Program-made: the position numbers and the translations under genes
The notes under the pieces: model-generated
The model's database searches: none
Seen by the model: the letters and a program-made list of their open reading frames with translations, nothing else
Told to the model about the DNA's origin: nothing
Origin: Adineta vaga
Lineage: Eukaryota > Animalia > Rotifera
DNA length: 64,000 bases
NCBI GenBank assembly: GCA_021613535.1
Contig: CP075494.1
Location: 8,184,001 to 8,248,000, forward strand
Reading direction: 5' to 3'
Shown here: positions 14,235-26,102 of the stretch, in pieces
Layout of the letters: each line of letters starts with the position of its first letter
How positions within the stretch are numbered: position 1 is the first letter of the stretch

Positions 14235-16380
14235 TGAATAATAATAATTCTAAAATAAGATATTTTATTACAAATCAACTTTCCAATTCAAAGATCACCA
14301 TTCCAATTCTTATCCAAACTAACATACCTGATCACTAGATATAAAGAAATCTTTCAATGCCATAGAAAAACGAAATACTGTATATGTATCTTATTAGCTC
14401 ACGGTAATGTTAAAGAGCAAAGACTATAATTTATATGTATATGTATATATATATATAAGTATATGCATACAATAAGCAGAGACATGTCACGGACGACTGA
14501 ATCGGAGGGTGAAAGATGGAAAGAATATGGTAAAAAAATATAATATACATATTTGTATTGTATAGGTTCTATGCAAGGACAATTATAGAGTACAAATGGT
14601 AAAAATATATTTCGAAATATTTTAGTAATCACTAAGATAAAATTATGCTGATCGTTAATATGAATAGTTCGATTGAAACTGTATTGGTGATAAACGGAAA
14701 TAAAAGTTTTCCTTCATTTTGAACAAAAAAATTGGATGTGATATTTAGAGTTTCTCGATTAGAATTGTCTCGTACAATGTGTGATAATGATACTTACTAT
14801 TCGTTTGTCGATTGTATTTAACGGTCTGTCTTATGAACGAAGCCTTCTCTCTTCGCCTCATTTTTTGGTTCTGCCTGATTGAGCACCTACGTTCTCTCTT
14901 TTTCTTAACAATAATCATACGAATAATGTTCAATGTGAAAATGATCTATCATCAACGCGAAAGAAGAAGAGAGGGGGAAGGGCGTACTATAATCACCGTG
15001 TCCGTCCGTAACTAAATTGAAACATCCATTCAATGTTTCGTAGGCGTGCAAACACATCATATACTTCGATGTAACATGGCGAGACATCTTTTCACGCGTC
15101 TTCTGCCCATAGAATACTTCGTTCTAATGTCCTAGTAGACTAATTTAAATGATTGCTTGGTGATAATTCACCATAAAAGACCACCAGCTGAAATCGATTA
15201 TTAAGTATAGACATCAAAACTATCATCTCTATAATTTCTCTGAAGATGACAATATCATTGTTGAAATTGTTATTCTTTTCGATATTTCAAAATTTGAAGA
15301 TTTTCATATTTCATGAACGTTTTAATAGTACGATGGATTTTTCTCCTTGACATTTTTTATGCAATTATTAAATATATTTATACAAATAATTACGAGTAAA
15401 ACGTGAGATTTTATCAGCAAAGAAGAAAACTTGGCAGTTTTCATATTACAAAAGAAAAATCATTATCTTTATCCGAAGTTATCAATATGAACAAGTTAAG
15501 AATTACAGCAATGTGAACTGTTAACTTTGTAATATTTAAGAGTTCGATGAATATAAATGATTCTTTGAAGAATCAGCGTCAATAAGCAAATTGTTTCTAA
15601 CTGAAATCAATTGAAATCAGGCATCGAATAGTCGAATAAACTACGTTATATTTCAAAAAATTTTGTACAGACAATATCAAATAGAAAAAGTTCTTTGTTC
15701 GAGATCTTTTAGAAATATATTGCATATATTTTACATAAAAGTTCATTAGAAATGTGTTTTTCTCTTTGTCTCTATCATCATTATATTTGAAGACATAGAA
15801 AAGTTACTCATTCGAAATCATTTTCTTTTAGCTGTCATCCTTCAAATAAAGTGTTCACAATGTTTCCTTGCTAAGAAGCAAGCAACAACGGTGACAACGT
15901 CGTTTTCATTTCCATCTATTCGCTTCTTTCCCTCTCTTTCTCTTTCTTTCCTTGTCTTTGTATTGAGCTCGTCGTGCAATAGGAGAGAATAAGAAGGAAT
16001 ATATATCGAATCGTGACTGCTGCTTTTGTTGCTTGCCCTCTGCTTTTCTCTACACAATGAACGTTGCCCGTTGTATGTGTATGTGTGTGTCTGTGTGGCA
16101 AGCAAGCCTGCGAAGAATTTTTTCTTCTCTCTCTCTCTTTGTTCCTTTAACGTCAGAAAGAGAAGAAAATGTCTGTATGCCTGCCCTGCTTGCTCTCTCA
16201 CACAACGTCCGACCGCCAACGATAGAGAAGTAAGCCACTCGCTCGCTTATTCTCTTCATATTCAACTCAAACTAACTGACATACACACGTCAAACACACA
16301 AACGACATCTACTTTCAAAGTATATATTGAACGAAATTCAGAAGAAACAATTCACTTTTTAATCTATTACTTGTTTAGAA

Positions 16381-16638
16381 ATGCCACGAGCTCCAAAATC
16401 ACAAAAAGATCCCAATGCACCAAAACGTCCATTGTCAACATTTTTCTTATTTTCACAAGATGAACGTCCAAAAATAAAGAAAGACAATCCATCATTATCC
16501 GTTTCGGATATTGCTAAAGTTATTGGTGAACGATGGCGAGCAATTGGTGATGAGAAAAAACGTCATTATGAAGAACGTGCTCGACAAGAAAAAGAAAGAT
16601 ATGATCGAGAAATTGCTCAATATAAACAAGGAAAATAA
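16381..16638 (+). CDS. Single HMG-box chromatin protein (HMGB/NHP6-like), 85 aa, intronless CDS, no acidic tail
   Basis: KDPNAPKRPLSTFFLFSQDERPKIK..NP....IAK.IGERW....YEERARQEKERY: canonical non-sequence-specific HMG box. Confidence 0.92.
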   Translation: MPRAPKSQKDPNAPKRPLSTFFLFSQDERPKIKKDNPSLSVSDIAKVIGERWRAIGDEKKRHYEERARQEKERYDREIAQYKQGK

Positions 16639-18291
16639 AGATGATAATATTCATTTGGCGAATTATCTTTTGTCTTTGTATTTACGTGTACATAGATACA
16701 TATCTATATCCTAAATCACTTGTAGTTAGAAATGTTGTTTTGTTTCGTTAATTTTCTTTTCTGTATTTCTTTGTTTGTATATGTTGTGTTCAGAAAATTA
16801 AAAGGATAAAATTTCGAAAAAATAGTTATGAATGATTGTTTTCAATAGAATTGATCAGATCAATATTTCTTTGTCTAGTGATATTCGGAAGCGAAACAAA
16901 GCTGTGCAAATGATGTGTCAAGAGTTGCTTTTCTTTTACTAAATTGTTGAAAAATGCTGATCTATGTATTCGAAAATTTAAGTAGAATAAATGAGCTTAC
17001 AGTTGATACGCATACTAATTGATTCTCGCCATTGCTGATCCTGAAAAATTGCAAGTCAACAAAGCTTTGTTCTTCACAGTTCATCAATTTTCATATCCAT
17101 AGTTGAATTTGTTTAAATACACCATTCATTGAGAATCAATTGTCTTTGTATGTTCAATGATTTTTCAAACGAAATTTTTGGAAATGACTTTGTTCATTCT
17201 TCAATTCAATAATAATTGCTGGTATCGTGAACTTATGAAATGAAAGAATGTTAGATCAAATTCAATCTATTCAGTGAATTGAAAAGCAGCAGTATTAATT
17301 TGAACGATTACGGTTCAATCGAGTTTATTTCTTTGTTAATTTTTATACGAAGATTAACCCAATGACGAATCTTTTTTATTATCGATCAAATTTATCTTAG
17401 TTATGCGAACAATGAGGATGGATTGATACAAATGTAATGAGTCGAATTATAGCTCCACGTAAAAAAAGGATCAGTTTTTATTGCCTCGCTAAATAACATG
17501 CACGTATATTATTTTAGTACCCCACAGAGTCATAACAATTAGCTAATCTATGTTAGTTTTGGTTATTCAACGAAAGAAGTACAGAACGGATATACAGAAT
17601 GATTACGTTATTTTCAATATTTTTGTGTAGAAATTTTACTAACCAATTTCGTGGTTCCATCTAGTATTCAACATCTTGTTTTTAATAATTTTTATTTACA
17701 AAGATTTTAATCGAGGACGATACGTGTTGAATCTAATTCTAACAACAGCAACTATTTCGCGTAGATCATCTTTGAAACATTCCAAAAGTGGTAGAGATTT
17801 TGAATTTTTTATTCAATTGAAGATCATTATTCTCATCTAACATCTGCACAAACAAAATGTTACTGATTCTTATTTAAATTTATTATTATACATAAATTTC
17901 ACGGATAAATGAAAAGTTTCACTCTACTTTCTATCAGTGTCTATGCTATCTAAGGTGTTGATGGATCTTTTCGGTAGAAATGAAATGTAAAATATTCTAG
18001 ATGGCAGACATGTCTGGTTTGTTTTGAAAATATCCACGTTGTGTACATATAGAAATAAATGAGTGAGTCAAGTCTCTATCACAGGAGTCGATAAAACGTT
18101 GACTAAAGAGATAATTTTAATTGAAAGGAAACTGTTTGGTGTCATTTGAGAGGTTTTAACATCGTAACGATACGCCCAATGGTTTATCGAATATAAGTTT
18201 TCGCGAGAAAAACAGCTAAATGAATGTAATTTAATAAGAAAAAAGAGATCAATGATCGTACTGTAACATTTTAATTCTAGATTAAAATCTC

Positions 18292-20286
18292 ATGGCTAAT
18301 GAAGAAGATGAATGTGACTCATCAAGTCTATTTACCGTTGCTAGTCAATCGGATATAAATTCATTTCTACATACACAATCAATAAAAATAATTGGTTTAA
18401 ATTCAAATGTAACAGATACTGATGACGATGATGATGATGATGATGGAGTTGACAGGAATTCGATCAATAGTCATCTATTTGCAAGTTTGACTCAAAATCG
18501 CTCAACAGCTACAAAGTCTTGTTTGAGTCGTTCTTGTTTTGCTTCAATTTCGACATTATCATCATCGCAAAAGTTCAATACATTAGATGATCTAACAGAA
18601 TTAAAATGGTTAAATACATTTAAATTCAAAGAGAATAAACAACAAAGTTCTCAACCAGTTAATTCTTCAAATGATTCAATAAGTAAATTGAGTAATGAAT
18701 TGAAAACATTTGTAAATGGAAACTCAATATCTTATGGTGTATTGATTTTTCTTGCCCTATATTCCCAACGAGATAGCCAACAAGTAGCATGGTCATTAAC
18801 AATGAAACAAATTTATGAATATATTCAACAACATCATCAACCGATTTCGAACCAACGTGGTTGGAAAAGCTTATTAAAACAAACATTAAATATCATTCCG
18901 TGTTTCATCAAAACTAAACATGAAACAAATAACTCATGTTCATTTTGGACCATTGATTCTTATTATCGACCATTATTAACAAAAGCTTATTTGAATAATT
19001 TATCATTACAAATGAACAAGTATGTAAGAAAACGTCTTTTATCGGAAAAATGAAACGTTTTTTTTTCTCATAGAAATATCGATCCTATTTCCGAATCAGT
19101 TATAAATCATTTTCCACCAAAAGCGACATTGAAAACGAAAGGTAATAGAAGAGCAATTCGTATTTTATATTTATTGATATATAACTAGCATTTCCACGTC
19201 TGTATGAACGACTTTGTCAAAAGAAACTGGAAAAAGAATCAATCACTTCAATTGAAAATCAAAGTCGCCTAATATCAGGTAAAGAAAATCGACAATCATA
19301 ATTCAAGTGAATCACTAGAGAGAATCAAATCATAGATTATTCGATAGTGATAAGATAAAAGTAGATGATAACTAATAACTACAACCAAATCGATCAGGTT
19401 TTTTGAGAAAATATTAAGTTCCTATACGTTCGAAATGATGAAAGATTTACTCAGAAACCTAAGAATGATATTGAATAAAACACATGAAAAATCAATTTTA
19501 TACTTTTGTTTCAGTCGATTAGTCCAATGAAGAAGTAATTTATAGTGGCAAAGAAATAAACTCAATGATCTATTCATTCGAGTCTTCTCTCCTCTCTGAA
19601 TATATCATACTTTACTTGATGTTTTCATCGAAAAACCCTACTTTTTCTGTCTCAGGTAATAAACGGGTGCGATCGATGTCATCATCTAGCTTACGTCGAA
19701 CGACGAAAGGTAGGAAGTAGATACAATATGTACTTTTTCTAATTGCTAAAAATATAATTTAGATAACGATAACAATCATATTTCGTTATCTTTATCATGT
19801 TCTTTGAAAAGAAATAAACGTCGCCAATTATCCCATTGTCAATCAAACAAAGAGTGAGATGAATAAAGTTGGGGGAAAAACTCATTGTAATTAATTTATT
19901 TGATTTCTACTAAGGTCAACTATTATCACACCATGCCCTAGTATGGATCATGTGTATTTCGATAGAGCAAAAACGCTAACATTAAAATCACGTAAAATGT
20001 TGCTATGAATGTTGATATTTTTATTTTTGTTTCTCAAATTTAAGATGAAGTATCGGATGATGAAGATGATGAATGTGATAGTGGTTCAAAAATGATTTCA
20101 ACGACCAGTCAAGTTTCTAGTCATCGTCGAAAATCATCTCCACCGAAAAAACGTTCAAATTTTGATTTACCATCACGTCGAGCGAATACACGTGTTAGTC
20201 GAAGAATCATCGAACAAGATTTACAATTATTACGACAAGCAAATAATCATGATTTAAGTGATTCAATACCGAAAAATTCCATTTGA
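18292..20286 (+). CDS. Divergent forkhead protein, FoxN2/3-like (multi-exon)
   Basis: N-terminal LDDLTELKWL (cf. FoxN2/3 DDELTNLNWL); forkhead core SYGVLIFLAL..LTMKQIYEYI..GWK..CFIK..SFWTIDSYYRPLL (cf. LWCVDPEYRPNL); downstream DHVY motif (cf. DHNY). Confidence 0.75.
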
Positions 20287-20954
20287 ACTTGATCTTTCTT
20301 TTTTTTTTCTACATGTGCAATAGAAATCTACTTGACAGATTGAAGTGAAAAACCACACTACATCTTTCACAATTAGTTATTGCATTTGACATCTGTTTTT
20401 TTTTTTATAAAAGCGTGCATTCATTCTTTGTTTTTCATACTCTTTTTACACTTCCAATACAAAATCAGGTGATGTACAACTTCGGTTATTCTTCGTATGT
20501 TAATTCTGTACGATCATTCGATCGATATAAAAAAGAAAAGAATATATCACAAAAATAAAACATTCTTATGTGAAAAGATAACATCATTTTTTGATTTATC
20601 AGCACACACTTCCTTTTTCTTTCATGTACTTTGGTAAATATTTTGCTTTGTCGTAAAATCACGTTTTTCATGCTTCTTGTCGCCGAACAACGATAAGCAA
20701 GGACAGGACGTGTTTTAAGAAACAAACCAAACGAAAAATATGAAAACAAACTCATGTACATCAATACCTTCGTGAGAAATTTGTTGTTTAAACGGGTCAC
20801 GAATACATCGTAAAATATTATGGTATAATGGGGTAAAACGTCAATCTAAGGAAGAAAATCACTTCCTTTTTCGCTATATAAAAATAAAAGTACGTGTCTG
20901 ATGAAGCTCACCTGAAAATTTTTCACCTTGATAATGACCAAGCGATTCAAGAAC

Positions 20955-22561
20955 ATGAATCCCGAACAAACCAACAAAGGTATGGAAGATAGTTATTGTT
21001 ACATAGAGAAGACTTTTTCTATACAACTAGTTTCATTAATGCATATCTTAAACAGATACGTAGTAAATAAATTGGCATACGATGTTTATTGAAAGTAATA
21101 AAATAATGTCGAAGAATTCGTATTTACTCATCGAGCTTTTGACTTGGAGTAATAGTGTCAATTTCGAAAGTTTTCTTCTCGAAAATATTAGAGATAAACG
21201 ATATTGTAAATTTTTGGTTATTGTGTTTTAGAAAGTGTCATCACTAAAAACGATGAATCTCAAGTACCTGACCTTAACGATGCGATACAAAAAACATCCA
21301 TAGCATCTACGGAATTTTACAACAAGAGTGTTTGTGGTTCGATTCTATGTCCTTCGCCATCAAATTCTACTTCCGATATCTTTTCTTATTTACGTCATGC
21401 AAAATTTGATGCATTTCGTCGATCGATCGATATCTTTCATAAGGAAATAATTCAAATGAAAAATGAACATGACCAAGTAAATATTGTATTAATTTAATTT
21501 TCTTTTCATTCATTGATTCTTTTAGACTATCTTACATGTTTTAACAATTCATGCATTTCCATATCAATGGGTACGTTTATCATTAATGCGAGAATGTGAT
21601 CCATGTCAACAGGATAATGATGGATACACGGCTGCTCATTATGCTGTTGAACGTGATGATGTAGAAATGTTGAAAGCATTAACAACACGTTTTTCTGCAC
21701 AGATACAACCATTTCCAGTCGAACAGACGATCGCAATACATGAAAGTTGTTTAAAAGCTTTATCAATACGAGAAAAACATGGATTGACTGTTTTTATGCT
21801 TGCATGTCAACATGAATCTCTTCGATGTATAAATTATTTACTTGAATTAAATATCAATGATGCACATTTAAAAGTATGTTATTGAATTTTTCATCAAAGA
21901 AATAATAGTATTCTTTCTTCTTCTATAGGATCATTTTGGTGATACATGTTTACATTATGCTGTTGCGCGTCGAAACGAAATTCTTGTCGAAAAATTAGTT
22001 AATCAATGTAATGCCGATGTCAATGCTGGTGAACGCAATCGTCCAAATGCTCTTGATCTTGTACAATTTAATCGTGAACAACAAAAAGCTTTTGATCGAC
22101 TCAAAGATGATGCTATCGAACAAATTCTTCTTGCTAATCATGCTGTCAATCATTGTCAAATTCGACGAACTACTACTAAACGAAAACGATCATGTGATCA
22201 ATCTGAAAGTGTTGTAGCAAATTTAGCTTGTCTGACTGTAAATTCTTCGATTATGTCACGAATTGATACCGCAAAAAATTATGCACGCATTGCATTTACA
22301 TATGAAACAAATGGAGATTTACCGAATGCTCAACATTTCTATGAACGTGCAATGAATTGTGTACCAAATGATATACTTGATTGGGCTGATTATTCTTATC
22401 ATATAGCAAAAATTCATTTAGCTCGTGGTGAAAATCAATTAGCATTGAGTTTATTACAACAATCATTGATTCTTCGAAAACGATATGAAGAAGAAAGTGA
22501 AGAAATTGACAATCTTCAACATGCGATTAACAATATTCAAAGCGCATCATCAATAGTTTAA
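20955..22561 (+). CDS. Ankyrin-repeat + C-terminal TPR protein (4 exons)
   Basis: Exon 1 MNPEQTNK with gtatgg donor; ankyrin motifs QTILHVL, GYTAAHYAVE, GLTVFMLAC, GDTCLHYAV; TPR-like helices AKNYARIAFTYETNGDLPNAQHFYERA and YHIAKIHLARGENQLALSLLQQSL. Confidence 0.85.
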
Positions 22562-22630
22562 TTATTTTTATGTTTATTTATTTGACTTGTGATATGTATA
22601 GTAATTCTTGCACACAAAAAAATGCGATTG

Positions 22631-23521
22631 TTATTTTTTACTATATTTTGTTTTTAAATATTTGCCTACAAAAGGATATGTGATTTGATCATCATCATCA
22701 TCATCATTGCTATTCTGATTAATAGCATTTTGATATCGTTTACGAATTTCCGTTGAACTTATATCAATAAGTGTCTCACGTTCGTCATCTAATGTAATAT
22801 AATATATATTCGAAGATTTTTCTTCTAAGCGTTTTATACGATGATCCGGATCACCAAGACGATAAATCACCGCACATGCAATATTTTTCTGACGAGCTAA
22901 TACTTCAACATGAGAACATTTATTGAAATGATCCAATCCACAGACATAAACAACTTTTAGTGGATAAGAAAGAACATGACGAGTTTTGTAAAGTTCTTTG
23001 TTGAGATATTCAGCTAATTTAATCGTTACTTCGTCGAAATCAGCGAATCGATCATATTCTAATTCACCCTTAGCAACAGAAATAAATGATTTTAAACCTT
23101 CGAGATCAATAGCTTGTTCACAAAGTTGACATCGTTCTTCACCAGGAATCCAATCTGTTGAACCCAATTTATTTCGAACATACGAATCACTATTTTCAAA
23201 ATATATGCGAAAGATAATATTCGAAAATCTTATGAAAATAAAACATACTGTGTTGGTGATAGATAAGCTGCAAGAACGTTCAATGGTCGAGTTTCATGTT
23301 TTTCAAGATATGTTTTAACTAATAAAAGATTTTTTATATGTGATCGATGAATTGGATTTAGAGAACCAGTGATAATTAAAACACAACTTAATGAAAAATA
23401 TCATATAAACTTAAAGATGAATTTATCATTGTTTCGTTTACTTATTATCTTTATCTGCAACCTTCTTCTCTTGACAATTTTCAATAATAATCTCTAAATT
23501 TGTATTCGTTTCTGTATACAT
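22631..23521 (-). CDS. NMNAT/NadD-like cytidylyltransferase-family nucleotidyltransferase (3 coding exons)
   Basis: VLIITGSLNPIHRSH (HxxH motif), YLSPTHDSYVRNKL, YVCGLDH, VIYR, DISSTEIR (ISST motif). Confidence 0.85.
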
Positions 23522-23874
23522 TTGATCCCACTACTTGTCTTTCTATAAGAAGAACACAATTTTCAATACTATATACTTACTACCGAGTTATGTTGTTATT
23601 GTTGACAGAGTAAGAAAGAACGAACACGAATAAAAAGAAAAGATTCACTAGAGGTCATACAATGTCGAATAGGATTGTATTTTTAGCTTTTATTATGACT
23701 AGAATTTAACGATATTCAATATATATATATATATGAGTCTATCGTTGACAATAAACACAAAAAAGTCATTCTAAAAAATAATCGATATAGATTATATATA
23801 TACTAAAGACACAACATATGATATAAACTAAAAAAACAGATTCATTTATATATATATATATATTAAAACTAATA

Positions 23875-26102
23875 TTAACTCATAATACCACCATGATCAG
23901 CATCCATTTGCATTATATGATCAACATCACCCGTCCGTTGATAAGTATCATTTGCAGCATGAACTCCACCAGGTAAAAATTTACTCTTTTGTGTGGAAAA
24001 TGAAGACGTAGGTTCTGTACGAAAATTAACTAAACCATAAATACGACCTATTTGAGAAGTTTATAATTCATATATTTTAGTAATTTAATTTTCAATGAGA
24101 AATATTTACGCATTATAACACAGCCAATGATAATTGATATCCAAATGAGTAATAATAGTAAGCAGACAACTAAAAATACTAATTAAAGAAGAAAAAAAAT
24201 GATGTTTCTTATTCATATTTATATTAAATTCATTACTTGTTGATCCATCGATAGTGACAGAACTCGTTACAGTTTCATTTGTACCAGATAACTCTTTCGA
24301 TGGTATCAATCTATAGAAAACAATCGATTATTAAACAAAATATCTATTCGATTGTGTTTAACAAACTTGAATAAACTTGCATAACTATTATTTTGACAAA
24401 TTTGATTGTTTGGCAGTAATGAACTTTTATAGATATAATAAATAAGAAAGTAGCAATTGGTTTGATTTGGATTTTCACATTCAATTAATAGATAATCACC
24501 TTTCATGAAAAAGAGATCGGAAAGAGTTAATTCAATATTACTTCGATTGAAATTTAATATCGTTTTAGCATCAAATACAGGTTGAACTAATTTACGTCCG
24601 AAATAACGAACACGAATGATATGCATACGCCAGAAGAATTTATTTTCATGAAAATTTAAATTTTTCACGGCATAAATCAAAAGAGGACCATTTGCTGAAC
24701 GACATGAAAAATCTAAATTGAGAAACAAATATGTTGAATGAGTAAAAGATATATTCGATGATGAACTAACGTGATCCTGTCTGTTTATTACCGACAACCA
24801 TAGTACCCATATAATATTTTGGTCTAAAAAGAGAAGGAGAGTAAAATTATGAAAATAGTGAACGATTTGTTGATGTTCAGGAGTGTGAAGACATTTTTAT
24901 CCAGGATCAATATTCTCTCGGTCATTTTTGATCTATTTAAGCGTTTCCGAGACAAATAAATCTATGTCAATGAATTCTAATTTAGAATAATATAATCATA
25001 TTCTCAAACTTCTCTTTCAATATTTAAAATTCATGACACGATGCTATTCATGTAATCTAATCATGCATTGTTTAAATAAATAAGAAATATTAACAAGAGG
25101 TACACAAGCAAACTATTTACTTATATTTGTTTGGCAATTCAATGACATTATATTATTCTCATTTTCTCGTTCTTCAAACTTTACCGTTTTTTCTATATGT
25201 TTATAAATGACAAAATACTATTCATTTTTTTTCTCTCTGAAGTACCTGTTATTATATGAAACTAATGGAAGAACTGATCGATTTTACCTTCTTTGAAAAT
25301 AGACATATATGTATACGCACAAAAATGAACTTACGATTGAGTAGATATATGTATTACAACACCAGATTGTTCTTTGTGTAATCGTCTTTCTCGTTGATAA
25401 ATGATTGTCAATATAATCGATTGAGTTTCATGGAATTCAAAACCACAATCTGTTCAAAGAAAATATTTCAATTACTGAATTTTTCATTTCTATAACAATC
25501 ATTTTACCATCAGCAGTACGAAAATTAGCTGATGATGAATAAGGTGTCCATTCATAGATTATCATCGATCGAGCATCATCACAAATATGGTCATCATCAT
25601 ACCTAGATAAATAGAATTCGTATGATATTGAATCTTTTCAAATGAAAGATATTTTGATACCAAATTGAACTCGATATTACTGGTATGTTACAAAGACGTA
25701 TAGTCAACTGTTGAACTGCTTTTTGATGAAGTTGAATCAATGGGTCAAATCCAACTTAACAAACAAAAAACATGAGAAATTCATCAAATTAATTGTTAGT
25801 TTTTCTACGCTAACGAAAATTGATCGTATAGTCATATGTGTTTCTTACCAATAGTTCCTTGTTGTATATCATCACTTGATGGATTATATCTAACATGTAC
25901 TGATTTCTATTGAAAAAAAATTAAAAAAACAGAGAATTCATTAAGATTAGATGTATACATGAGGTATCGACGTTGGTGCTGATGTATTTCCTGGTGCTTT
26001 TAAAGTAATATTGAATTTTTTTGTAAAAATAACTGTTTGAATATTTGGTAAAGTAATAAATAATAAAACAGAACAGAAGATAAATTCGTGAGAAAGTAAC
26101 AT
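23875..26102 (-). CDS. Type-I membrane protein with a PHM-like (copper type II monooxygenase) ectodomain lacking copper ligands (about 10 exons)
   Basis: Hand-splicing gives signal peptide MLLSHEFIFCSVLLFITLPNIQT, then IVGFDP..AVQQLTIRLCNIP..W..ICDD..IIYEW..CGFEF..IILTIIY..EQSGVVIH..PKYYMG..FSC..IYAVK..KGDYLLIEC..TNCYFLIYY, TM helix IFLVVCLLLLLIWISIIIGCVIM-RR and a ~55-aa tail; all junction phases are consistent. Confidence 0.72.

Noticed and set aside
15842-16380. Overlapping ORFs upstream of the HMG-box gene
   Set aside because: Products of (CT)n/(GT)n microsatellite-rich promoter or 5' UTR sequence; not protein-like.
20486-20800. 104-aa minus-strand ORF between the FoxN-like and ankyrin-TPR genes
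   Set aside because: Non-ATG start, F/K-rich composition typical of AT-rich non-coding DNA, no motif.
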